Shown here piece after piece: positions 26,834 to 40,136 of a stretch of 64,000 nucleotides of DNA. Each line of letters opens with the position of its first letter. The first letter of the stretch is position 1. Below the pieces are notes generated by a model. It worked only from the letters and a program-made list of their open reading frames with translations, was not told the DNA's origin and did not search any database. This DNA comes from Octopus sinensis. Its lineage: Eukaryota. Position numbers and translations under genes: made by a program. Location of the stretch: positions 15,810,001 to 15,874,000 of the forward strand of contig NC_043024.1 in assembly GCF_006345805.1 (NCBI RefSeq). Direction: 5' to 3'.

Positions 26834-28416
26834 TCAGTGCCTGGAATCGAACACTGAATCTTGGGGTTAGTAGCCCGCGCTCTTAACCATTATGCCATAT
26901 GCCCAAGAACATATGGCGTAGTGGTTACAGAACTGTACTGAGATCGATGTAATCAAGTCATCCCCTTCCCAAAAACTGCTGCCCTTGTGGTAAAATTTGA
27001 AACCGAAAGTAGCAAGCTGGCAGAAGCGTTAGCACACCAGGTGAAATGCTTAGCAGTATTTCGTCTGTCTTTATGTTCTGAGTTCAAATTCCACCAAGGT
27101 CAATTTTGCCTTTCATCCTTTTGGGGTCAATGAATTAAGTACCAGTTACGTACTGGGGTCGATCTAATTGACTGGCCTCCTCCCAAAAAATGTTGGGCCT
27201 GGTGCCTAGAGTAGAAAAGAATATTCTACAGTGAAGCTGTGGTTCTCAATCTGTTTAGCTTTGTGCTGTCCTGGAGGTCAAATACAAAATTATTGGTTCA
27301 CTTTCAAACCACATGTTTACGCTACATGCTTGCACTACATGACAGAAAATGCAGTATTATCTATCTTTTACTTGTTTCAGTCATTTGACTGAGGTTACGC
27401 CGGGGCACCACCTGGAAGGGTTTTAGTTGAACAAATCAACCCAAGGAGTTATTTTTTAAACCGTTCTTATTCTATTGGTCTTTTTTTTTTGCCCTAGATA
27501 AGCTGCATGGCTGTAGCATCCCAGCGACACATGGGGGATTAAGGAACTTGTAAACCTTGAAGTCAAAAATGTTACAAGCCACAACATCACAGTGAAAGTG
27601 TGGAGATTTTGTGAAACCCTCATTGTAATTAGTTAATCTGCATTTCTTTGGTTCAAATCTTAGAATCCACCACTCTGAGATAAAGCTAAACATCAAAGCA
27701 AAACAGTGTGGTGGCCCGTATGTGGTTGTTTGCCTCTCACATTACTCTGTTGTTTAAGAAAAGCAGGTTAGATAAGAGGAAGGTTAAGATGTTTGCTTCC
27801 CAACCACAACGCTCTGGGTTCAGTCCCGCTGTGTGGCACATTGGGTATCTTCTACTATAGCCATGGGCTGAACCAAGCCTTTAGAACGGATTTCGTAGAT
27901 AAAAACTAAAACTTGCTATTGCACGGGTGTGTGTGTGTATAAATGTGTTATAAACATGTGTGCATATGTGTGTGTTTTTGCATTGACGTGTGTTATGTGT
28001 GTGTGCATGTATAAATGTGTTATGTGTGTGTGTGTGTGCATGAATGTTATAAATATACGTATGTGTGTGTGTGCTATAAATATATGTCTGTGTGTGTGTG
28101 TTATGAATATATATTTGTGTGTGTGTGTGTGTTATAAATATATGCATGCATGTTTGCATGCACGTGCATGTATGTGTGTGTGGAGGGATGCCTTTATCTT
28201 GACCTAATAGTTGTAAACGAGCGTCACTGTCATACATGTGGTGTTGTCAGTTTCCAGTGCTTAGTCAAACGTAAATATTGCATTGCTTGGAAACGGGAAG
28301 ATTGGCGACAGGAAGGGCATCCTGCCGTAGAAAGTCTACCTCATATAAATTCCACCCAACTCATGCAAGCATGGAAAGTGGAAGCTGAAATGATGATGAT
28401 GATGATGGTGGTTGTG

Positions 28417-28451
<35 letters not shown>

Positions 28452-28929
28452 TGTAGAGTAATAAAGAAAATTTAAGATGTTTTATAAAGAAATTTCTTTA
28501 ACCTAATATTTTATAATTGTATTTGAACTTTTCTCACAAAAATTAAATATTCCTACTAATTGAGCGAATTTCTGATGACAATTTTGATAAATATAATCTC
28601 GTTTTTTAAACCCAAAATGCCAAAGCATGTGGTCTCCAGAATATACCGAATTTATGATGGAAGGCCACCCCAGAAAACCGTTTGGCAGTTCCATCACCAA
28701 CTTGAATCTTATAGAAGAACATTTTAAAGAAAGGTAACCATGATATTTGTAATTTCCATTATTTACATTTTACACAGAAATATTTAACGTTTTATTTATT
28801 TATTTATTTTTCATATTGTTCATTTTGTAAACAATTACATTGTTGTTGGTTTTTGGTTTCAACCAAATTCCTGGTTCTCTGTATTTCTAGTGTCAGCATA
28901 TTTGAATCTACAATGCCAACTGTTTAGTA

Positions 28930-28966
<37 letters not shown>

Positions 28967-30839
28967 ATTATCGTCTTTTAACATCCATTGTCCATTCTGG
29001 CATGGATTGGATGATTTGACCAGGGCTGCCAAGCTGAGGGGCTGCACCAGACTGCAGTCTGATTTGGTATGGCTTTCTGCATCTGGATGCCCTTCCTAAC
29101 GCCAACCACTCCGAGGGTGTAATGGGTGCTTTTACGTGACACTGACACAGGTCCCATTTGCATGACACCAGTATTTGCTACGACTGTCATTTTGCTTGGC
29201 TTAATGGGTCTTCTTAAGCAAAGCACACTGCTAAAGGTTTTGGCCATTTATCATTGCCTCCATGAGGCCCATTGCTCGAGAGGTTCTTTCTATGTGACAC
29301 CGGCACAGGTGCCAGTTACACGACACTGACCACATTGCTTCTGTAAGGGCCAATACCTGACAGGTGCTTTATGTGCCAGCATCATATATGTATGTATATA
29401 TATATATATATATATATAATATGTAGAAAAATACAAACTGGGACAAGAACGTAAAACATTTAGAAGACGATACAAAAAACACGGACGGGACATTCGAAGC
29501 CTTCAATCTTCAGTCAAGAACTGGATCATCCTAGCAATTTCCGCCGATTAATCTTGAGATCGCTCCGATCCGGCCAGCCTCAAGGAAAAACTAAGCTACG
29601 AGCATTAGCATTAGATTTCTTGGAAAAAGGATCGAATGTATACGAAACAGGGACAGAAAAATGGACGAATATACATTATGTATATATATATATATATATA
29701 CTCTTTTACTCTTTTTACTCTTTTTACTCTTTTTACTTGTTTCAGTCATTTGACTGCGGCCATGCTGGAGCACCGCCTTTAGTCGAGCAAATCGACCCCG
29801 GGACTTATTCTTTGTAAGCCCAGTACTTATTCTATCGGTCTCTTTTGCCGAACCGCTAAGTGACGGGGACGTAAACACACCAGCATCGGTTGTCAAGCAA
29901 TGCTAGGGGAACAAACACAGACACACAAACATATTCACACACACTTATATATATATACATATATAGCCATTTAGATTATACATACATACATACGTACATA
30001 CATGATGGCTGCCCCCTCGTTATCGAGTATGACCATTGCACGAAGCTTAATCAATGTTGTTCTCGTGCAATGCATGTGCAAGAAGATTTTTTTTTAAGTG
30101 AGGAAAGGCTGTGCACTGAGTCAATCCCACTCACTAAGCAACAGCAGCCATAATCCGAAAAGAAGAACAAGTCAACATCATCGGTAACCACTGAGCCGCA
30201 GGTTTTGTGTCGGAGTTATCCCAGTTACCTGAGTTACCATCTCCTAGAAGGATGCCCTAACAAAGGCTAGGAGTCCTTCACTCCCAGTGGTTTAATCGCG
30301 CGATCGCGTATTCAGTTCGATTATTTCTATGTCCCCACGCATGATACAGCCTTAAGACATTTATTGGATGGCTGTTGACTCTCAAGAGTTCCTCCGCCCT
30401 TTGCCACATACATACATACATCTTCTACTTCGCCGTTTCCCCATTGCCACAGGACTTTGGGATGGTGTCATGACGTCATGATGTCATGACATGCGCGTGA
30501 ATTGGATTATAGTGAGGGTGACTTGCGCAGGATCAGCCTCACTCTCTCGTCTTGGTGCACCGGATCCAGTGGCAAGACAAAGTCAAGACGACTGGGGGTA
30601 GACCAAGATGCATGGCGCAATCCAACGGCCCCTATCCACTTCTGCCCCACCTGTGGGAGGGGCTTCCTTGCCCGGATTGGCCTCACCAGCCACCTCAGGT
30701 CTCATGGCGGCAGTTCCATCAGATGATGTCAGTTGGTCATCTTCGAACCGAAGGATGAACATTATTACATACATACATATATAGCCATTTATATTATATA
30801 TATAGTTATATATATATACATATATGGCCATTTACATTA

Positions 30840-30874
<35 letters not shown>

Positions 30875-30889
30875 TATATATATATATAG

Positions 30890-30923
<34 letters not shown>

Positions 30924-31004
30924 CTATATATATAATATAAATGGCCATTTACATTATACATACATACATACATACATACATACATACATACATACATACA
31001 TACA

Positions 31005-31039
<35 letters not shown>

Positions 31040-31372
31040 TATACATAAAAGCGGTGAGGACCGAAATCCTTCAAAGAGATGTCAAGCATCCAAGTCCGCC
31101 GGTACAGTCCAAGTAAAGAATATATATACATAAAATGTACATTCCGTCTTTGCAAAAACAATAAATGAAGTATAAGGATAGGATAAATTGTAGGTGAAGA
31201 CGTTCTTTAATTCCTGATCCAGGTTGGGAGAGAACCAATTCCAGGAATTGTTTCGGAGTCTATTTAATTCCAAAGACGAAAATGAAAACCTCTTGTATGT
31301 ATGTATGTATGTATGTATGTATGCATATATGTATGTATGTATGTATGCATATATGTATGTATGTATGTATGC

Positions 31373-31405
<33 letters not shown>

Positions 31406-34368
31406 TGTATGTATGTATGCATATATGTATGTGTGTGTGCACGTCTGTACGTAGGTATGTATGTATGTATGTATGTATGTATGTATGTGTATGTGTATGT
31501 ATGTATGTATATATGTATGTATGTATGTGTGTATGTATGTATGTATGTATGTATGTATGTATGTGTGTGTATGTATGTATGTATGTATGTATGTGTGTAT
31601 GTATGTATGTATGTATGTATGTATGTATGAATGTATGTATGAATGTATGTATATATATATGTGTGTATGTATGTGTGTTTGTATGTATGTATGTATGTAT
31701 GTATGTATGTATGTGTGCATGTATGCATATATGTATGTATGCATATATGTATGCATGCGTGCACATCTGTATGTAGGTATGTGTGTATATATGCATGCAT
31801 GCATGCATGTATGTATATATATATGTATGTGTGTGTACGTCTGTATGTATGTTTGGGTGCATGTATGTAATGTATGCATGCACATATGTATGTATGCATG
31901 TATGTAGTTTTGTGTATGCATATATGTATGTAAGCATATGTGTATGTCTGTATGTATACTTGTATGTATGCTTGTATGTGTATGCATATATATATATATA
32001 TGTATGCGTGTGTGTACGTTTGCATGTATGTGTGTATGCCTATTTGTATGTATGTATAGGTGTGTGTACGTCTCTGTATGCAAGTATTTCTGTTTTACTG
32101 TGAAAACTTGAATTATCACATACTCAATAACGAATGTTTTTCAATTTCAGACGTAAATCAATAAAGCAATTGTTGGGCCCAGACCAAAGTTTAGTTTCTT
32201 TAACAGCTTTTCCCAGGTAAGCAAAATCTTAACGGTAATGTTGTGGGTTGGTTTTTTACATAAATATTTATGTTTTTATGTTATTATTTATTTACGTTTT
32301 TATTAATTGTTTTTTGTATTATTAGATAATAGTGAGCCGGCAAAACTTTTAGAATTTGAACTCAGCATATAAAGTATACTTTTCAGCTTTACATTCTGAC
32401 TTCAAATTCCACCATGGTTGACTTCTACATTGTTGGATAGTGAAATTGTACACCCGTCCCCGGTAAAAAGTGGTAGGAACCATCCATTATAAATAGACCA
32501 GTAGCCGGTTATCAAGAGAGGGTCGAGAGTTCAAGAGTTGAGAGGCGATAGTTCTTGTCGGTGTCTTGCAGAGCTATCAGTGATAGTAAGACAGAAGTTA
32601 GTGTATTATTATTCTGGTACAAAGAGATACAATGGTATCAGATGACTAGTACTGTAAATCCTCGAGTATAGTCCGCCCTTGAGTATTAATACACAGGGGA
32701 TTTTTAGGGGGCTGTACCTCTGAAAAACCTACACCTTGTTAAACGCAACCCTTCTCTAACTTGAGTCAACTTGGTTTGTAAAAATGTATATGGTATCGTC
32801 CTTTATTATTATTGTATATATAGCATAATGCAAACGTGTAGCTTTTTTCTGCCTTTTGTTTGCAGAAAATAAAGAAATAACAGTAATAATGTTTAATAAA
32901 TCTTGCTTACTGCAAGTTATTGATGATTCTTTTATGACTTCCTTGCTTTCAGGTTGAGCTTAAGGTATTTTCGCGCCCGACATCACAAAATGCGTCTGAA
33001 GAAACATAACCAGACAGCAAATAGAAAATAATTTTCATATTTAACCTCATATATAGTACACACTAGGGATTTTGACCTTTAAATTTTGGGAAAAATTGCA
33101 GATTATACTCGAGGATTTACAGTAACTATTGTGGCTACTAGTATAAAACAGCAACTACAATAGAATGGCAGTCACACATCACACCAATGTGAGGAACCCA
33201 CTTAACAACAGACATCATAAGATAAATACCAGTTGAGCACTGGGGTCGATGTAGTTGACTTACCCCTCTCCTGAATTGCTGAACCTGTACCAAAATTTGA
33301 AAGCAAAATGTGACTAGTTGGTAGAATGGTTAAGATGCCAGACAAAAGGCATTGTGTTGTGAGTGTTTATTGAGCAAAAACACCTAAAGCTCCAGGAGGC
33401 TTCGGCAGGGGTGGAGTGATCCCTGCTGTGCTCTTTTGCCACAACTTTCTCTCACACTTTCTTCTGTTGGCCTACTAGATTAACCAGTGGGGTGGTATCA
33501 TTTGAAGGATAAAACAATGCAAAGTGCATTGTGATCAACGATGTGTAGCAACATCTGATAGCCTGGTTGGTTATGGTAATCACAGTGATCACTATATGTA
33601 TAAATATTTTAATGTAATTATTTTTATATATGCATTCAAAAGTATATATATATTTCTACCTATAACTCTACCCATTTTATTTTTTATTTTTACTTACATA
33701 TTTATACACCCGTATTACTTAAATTTTTATAAACATATTTACTCTAATATTGACATGCAAGGTTAATTAGAAGGTTAATTACTATATATTGTTTATCTCT
33801 ATACTTTTTAATGATTACCCAGAATATATTAAATTTTTATAAACATATTTACCTTTATATTAATTTGATACTTAAATATAATTTTAATTACTATATATTA
33901 CTTTCCTTTATACTTTTAATGTTTACCCAGAGGATATTTATATTATTTTCTATATTTACTTCTCTAAATATACTACCTTCCCCCCCATCCTTTATAAGGT
34001 CTATACCAAATTTTTCTATAAAACAATACTCAGTTTGCTGAAATGCTCCGTACACTTAGCACAGAAAAACATAAAAATGTAATGGTATATCTTTTTTCTA
34101 CCTCTGACGAGATTCAACTTTATTATGATTTAATTATTTTAATTAATTTTTAAAGTTTGAATCGAAAGAGCTGTCGGGGATTATGTCCATTTTTGTAATT
34201 AATAAATATAGTCATTAATTAATTTATTTCAATTTTCTTATCATTATATAAACCTTGCTTCAGTTAATCCCCTATTTTTGAGATTTAAACTAATGTTCAA
34301 AACAAAGAAACCAGTAAATTCATTGGATATTTTTATCCCACAATGAGGCTTATTTAACCTCTAATTGA

Positions 34369-34420
<52 letters not shown>

Positions 34421-34590
34421 ATTATATATATATATATACACACACATATATATATATACACACACATATATATATATATATTATATATATATATATATAT
34501 ACACACATACACATATATATACACAGAGACATATACACCCACACACACATATACACACACACATATACACACACACATATATACACACAC

Positions 34591-34647
<57 letters not shown>

Positions 34648-34840
34648 GGGCTTCTTTCAGTTTCTGTCTACCAAATCCACTCACAAGGCTCTGGTCAGTC
34701 TGAGGTTGTAATAACCCTTTATATCTTCCTGTTGAAGTTCTGCATAAAATATATATTTCCATTTTAATTCCACTAGCCAAAAATCCAAACTAATGAGTGC
34801 AAAACAAAAAACATGTCTGATGATCATAATAATAATAATA

Positions 34841-34877
<37 letters not shown>

Positions 34878-34945
34878 TAATAATAATAATATATAATATA
34901 ATAATGATAATAATAATGATAATAATAATGATAATAATAATAATG

Positions 34946-34985
<40 letters not shown>

Positions 34986-35023
34986 TAATAATAATGATAA
35001 TAATAATGATAATAATAATAATG

Positions 35024-35072
<49 letters not shown>

Positions 35073-35263
35073 TAATAATAATAATAAATAATAATATAAT
35101 AATGATGATAATAATAATGATAATAATAATAATGATATAATAATAATAATAATAATAAATAATGATAATAATAATGATAATAATATAATGATAATAATAT
35201 AATAATAATAATAATAAATAATAATAATAAATAATGATAATAATAATAATGATAATAATAATG

Positions 35264-35351
<88 letters not shown>

Positions 35352-35377
35352 TAATAATAATGATAATAATAATAATG

Positions 35378-35429
<52 letters not shown>

Positions 35430-35458
35430 TAATAATAATGATAATAATAATAATGATA

Positions 35459-35494
<36 letters not shown>

Positions 35495-35520
35495 TAATAA
35501 TAATGATAATAATAATAATG

Positions 35521-35565
<45 letters not shown>

Positions 35566-35593
35566 GATAATAATAATGATAATAATAATAATG

Positions 35594-35624
<31 letters not shown>

Positions 35625-35647
35625 TAATAATAATGATAATAATAATG

Positions 35648-35696
<49 letters not shown>

Positions 35697-35746
35697 TAAT
35701 AATAATGATAATAATAATAATGATAATAATAATAATAATAATAATA

Positions 35747-35782
<36 letters not shown>

Positions 35783-35805
35783 TAATAATAATAATAATAA
35801 TAATG

Positions 35806-35836
<31 letters not shown>

Positions 35837-35889
35837 TAATAATAATGATAATAATAATAATGATAATAATAATAATAATAATAATAATA

Positions 35890-35935
<46 letters not shown>

Positions 35936-35961
35936 TAATAATAATGATAATAATAATAATG

Positions 35962-36007
<46 letters not shown>

Positions 36008-36024
36008 TAATAATAATAATGATA

Positions 36025-36060
<36 letters not shown>

Positions 36061-36107
36061 TAATAATAATGATAATAATAATAATGATAATAATAATAAT
36101 AATAATA

Positions 36108-36140
<33 letters not shown>

Positions 36141-36192
36141 TAATAATAATGATAATAATAATGATAATAATAATATGATAATAATAATGATA

Positions 36193-36230
<38 letters not shown>

Positions 36231-36310
36231 TAATATAATAATAATAATAATAATATAATAATGATAATAATAATGATATAATAATAATGATGATAATAAT
36301 AATAATAATA

Positions 36311-36345
<35 letters not shown>

Positions 36346-36389
36346 TAATAATAATGATAATAATAATAATGATAATAATAATAATAATA

Positions 36390-36422
<33 letters not shown>

Positions 36423-36446
36423 TAATAATAATGATATATAATAATG

Positions 36447-36492
<46 letters not shown>

Positions 36493-36713
36493 TGATAATA
36501 ATATAATAATGATAATAATAATAATGATAATAATAATAATAATAATATAATAATAATATATAATGATAATAATAATGATAATAATAATAATAATATAATA
36601 ATAATAATAATATAATATAATAATAATGATAATAATAATAATGATAATAATAATAATAATAATAATAATATAATAATAATAATAATAATGATAATAATAA
36701 TAATAATATAATG

Positions 36714-36747
<34 letters not shown>

Positions 36748-36806
36748 TAATAATAATGATAATAATAATAATGATATATAATAATAATAATAATAAATAA
36801 TAATAG

Positions 36807-36850
<44 letters not shown>

Positions 36851-36876
36851 TAATAATAATGATAATAATAATAATG

Positions 36877-36923
<47 letters not shown>

Positions 36924-37871
36924 TAATAATAATAATGATAATAATAATAATGATAATAAAGCAGAGAGTGAAGGTTTCATCCTGGCTGCTCAAGACCAAA
37001 GCCTATCAACCCGGAACTACCAGGCCAATGTGATGAAAAATGGAGCAGACCCAAAATGCCGATTCTGCAACGACATGATTGAAACAGTGGACCACCTAAT
37101 CTCTGGATGTAAAGTCTTAGCACCAGTGGAGTATAAATTAAGACATGACAGAGTTGGCCAATATCTCCACTGGCTAATAAGTCGGCATTACAATATCAAA
37201 ACTGCCGACAAGTGGTATAATCACCACCCTGAGGCTGTAACTGAAGGAGAAAATGTAACCATTCTGTGGGACTTTCCAGTACATACAGACCGAACCATCA
37301 AGGCCAATAAACCAGATATTGTTGTGAAAGACCAAAACAATAAAGTTTGCTTATTGATCGACATGAGCATCCCCTGTGATCATAATATCTCAGCGAAAGA
37401 GTTTGACAAGCTCAGAAAATATAAAGACCTACTCATTGAAATTGAGAAAATGTGGCATCTCAAGGCGGTTACAATACCAGTGATCATAGGAGCACTAGGA
37501 ATGATCAAGAAGGGAACCGAAAATTATATGAGAATGATCCCTGGCTTACCATCCCTGCAAGAAGTGCAAAAGATTGTCTTAACTGGTACATCACACGTAT
37601 TGAGAAGAGCATTGTCGATGTGAGAACTGTTGCTGCTCATGTATTTTAATTTAACTTAAAAAAAAAAAAAAAAAAAAAAATGAACGAACTACTGAGTTTG
37701 GTTTAATGGCCTACCAATATACACTATGAGTTTCTTTGCCCTAGGAGTCGGGAAGACACTCGGCAAGAAATGGAAGAAAATTTGAAAGAAGAAAAAAAAA
37801 AGTAATAATAATAATAATAATGATAATAATAATAATAATAATAATAAATAATAATAATAATAATGATAATA

Positions 37872-37928
<57 letters not shown>

Positions 37929-40105
37929 TAATAATAATAATAATGATAGCTGAATAGAACAAATAGCATGGTATTGTAGGCTGCAGTTAGTAAGGCTGCT
38001 ATACATGTACGGTTCCAGGCACTCCAACGAAACCTGTGATAAAAAGATAATGATAATAATATTAATAGCGATGTTTGTGTAGATGCATTTTATATGGAAA
38101 CTGATTAGAATAATATTCAAGTATTTAATGGCATAAATAATGCCAAGTGGATAGGTCTTTAATTATGAAAGTCTTCTAGAAACCTTCATAATTTAAACTA
38201 ACCATTTCCTGTTAGAAGTTGGCAATGAGATATCTTTATTACAATAACAGAAACTGAATTCTGTTGACTCATTGAAATCTTTAGCATTTAATCTGGCCAT
38301 AGCTGGTGAAAATATTCTACTTGTTTTATGTTCAAACTGACCAGATCAGGCCTCTCAAACCTACCCTACAATGTCATTCTAATAATAAACAACAACATCG
38401 TAAAAATCTCAAAACTTCAAAATAAAGCAGGATTAATTGAAAACAATGTGAATATGCACCACATTTAACAGAATACACACTATATTTAACTGAGTGATAT
38501 GAACACTAAAGGGTTAAAATTGTTCCAACTTCTGTTTCAGACTGGGCTGCCCTAATTTTACTTTTCCCTCTTATGAAGCAAACAAGCATGCGACCGAACT
38601 GCACCAATCAGTTTTCATTGCAGATGCTGCGCTGACTGCAAAAGATCCATTCTTTTCGTAAGCCATTAATTTTTCTTTGTGTGTTTGTGTGTGATTTATA
38701 TTGTCCTAGCTTTTTTTCCTTGTGTTATGGTGTACAAAGTAGTTCAAATTCCATCAAGGTCGACTTTGTCTTTCATGATGAAAGACAAAGTAAAATATTC
38801 TTTTCTTTTCTAGGCACAAGGCCCGAAATTTTGGGGGAGGGGGCCAATCAATTAGATCGACCTCAGTACACAACTGGTATTTAATTTATCAACCCCTTGA
38901 AAAGCTGAAAGGCAAAGTCGACTTCAGCAGAATTTGAACTCAGAACTTAAAGACAGACGAAATGCTGCTAAACATTTCACCCAGCACACTAACGTTTATT
39001 TCTTTACTGCCCACAAGGGGCTAAACATAGAGGGGACAAACAAGGACAAACAAAAGGATTAAGTCGATTAGATAGATCCCAGTGCATAACTGGTACTTAA
39101 TTTATTGACCCCTGAAATTTATCGACCCCTTGGCGGAATTTGAACTCAGAATGTAAAGACAGACGAAATACTGCTAAACATTTCGCCCAGCATGCTAACA
39201 TTTCCACTAGCTCGCTGCCTTGACAAATTACAATATACAATTTTGAAGGTTGATATATTTAACAATGCCCTTCACTGTCAAACTGTGTGGCCTTGTGTCT
39301 CCATTCATCATCATCATCATCACCAAAGTAAACAAGCACGCAACCAAGCTGCACCAATCAGTTTTCATTACATATGTTGTGCTGAATTCCAAAGATCCAT
39401 TCTTTCCATGAGATCTTTTCTTTTGTGTATGTGTGTGTAATTCATATCATCTTCGTATTTTCCTTTGTTATGGCGTACAAGGCAGTTCAAATCCCGCCGA
39501 GGTCAACATTGTCTTTCATCCTTTCAGAGTCGATAAAAGATCATAGAATTTTGATGGTTGATATAATAAACAATGCCCCACACCGCCAAACATGTGTGGC
39601 CTTGTTCTTACATTAGCTATCAAAGACATGAGGAGTTTAGGTCAAGGTAAACCATAATGAACTGCAAGGAATATCATTAAAGAGGCACTTTCTTTCCCCT
39701 GTCTATCATTCATATCTTCAACCATTTCTCTGATGATGGAATATCTAGTTTACGGTCTTCAATTGATGCCATGATCCAATAGCTGAGATTTCTCAGAAAC
39801 AACTGTCAGAGACAATCTCTGCTATCTTTACCAATTTTGTATTACTTTACTGCTTTTAGATTGAATTAAATGAATTTAAGTGCCATAGTCCTGCCTTGAC
39901 TAATTGCTTGCCTTCTTCACTACAATAACCGATAGGCGTAGGAGTGGCTGTGTGTTAAGCAAATTGCTTACCAACCACATGGTTCCGGGTTCAGTCCCAC
40001 TGCGTGGCATCTTGGAGAAGTGTCTTCTATTATGGCCTCAGGCCAATGAAAGCCTTGTGAGTGGATTTGGTAGATGGAAACGGAAAGAATCCTGTCGTAT
40101 ATATG

Positions 40106-40136
<31 letters not shown>

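Noticed and set aside
29420-29680. TA-flanked insert with CUGAAGA and GAAA-like words on the - strand
   Set aside because: Could not be folded into a hammerhead; probably an unclassified repeat fragment
31082-32119. 345-aa and overlapping HTYI/MYVC ORFs
   Set aside because: (TATG)n microsatellite frames
34681-36999. 772-aa and 718-aa ORFs
   Set aside because: Translations of the (ATT)n tract giving poly-I/Y/L; not genes
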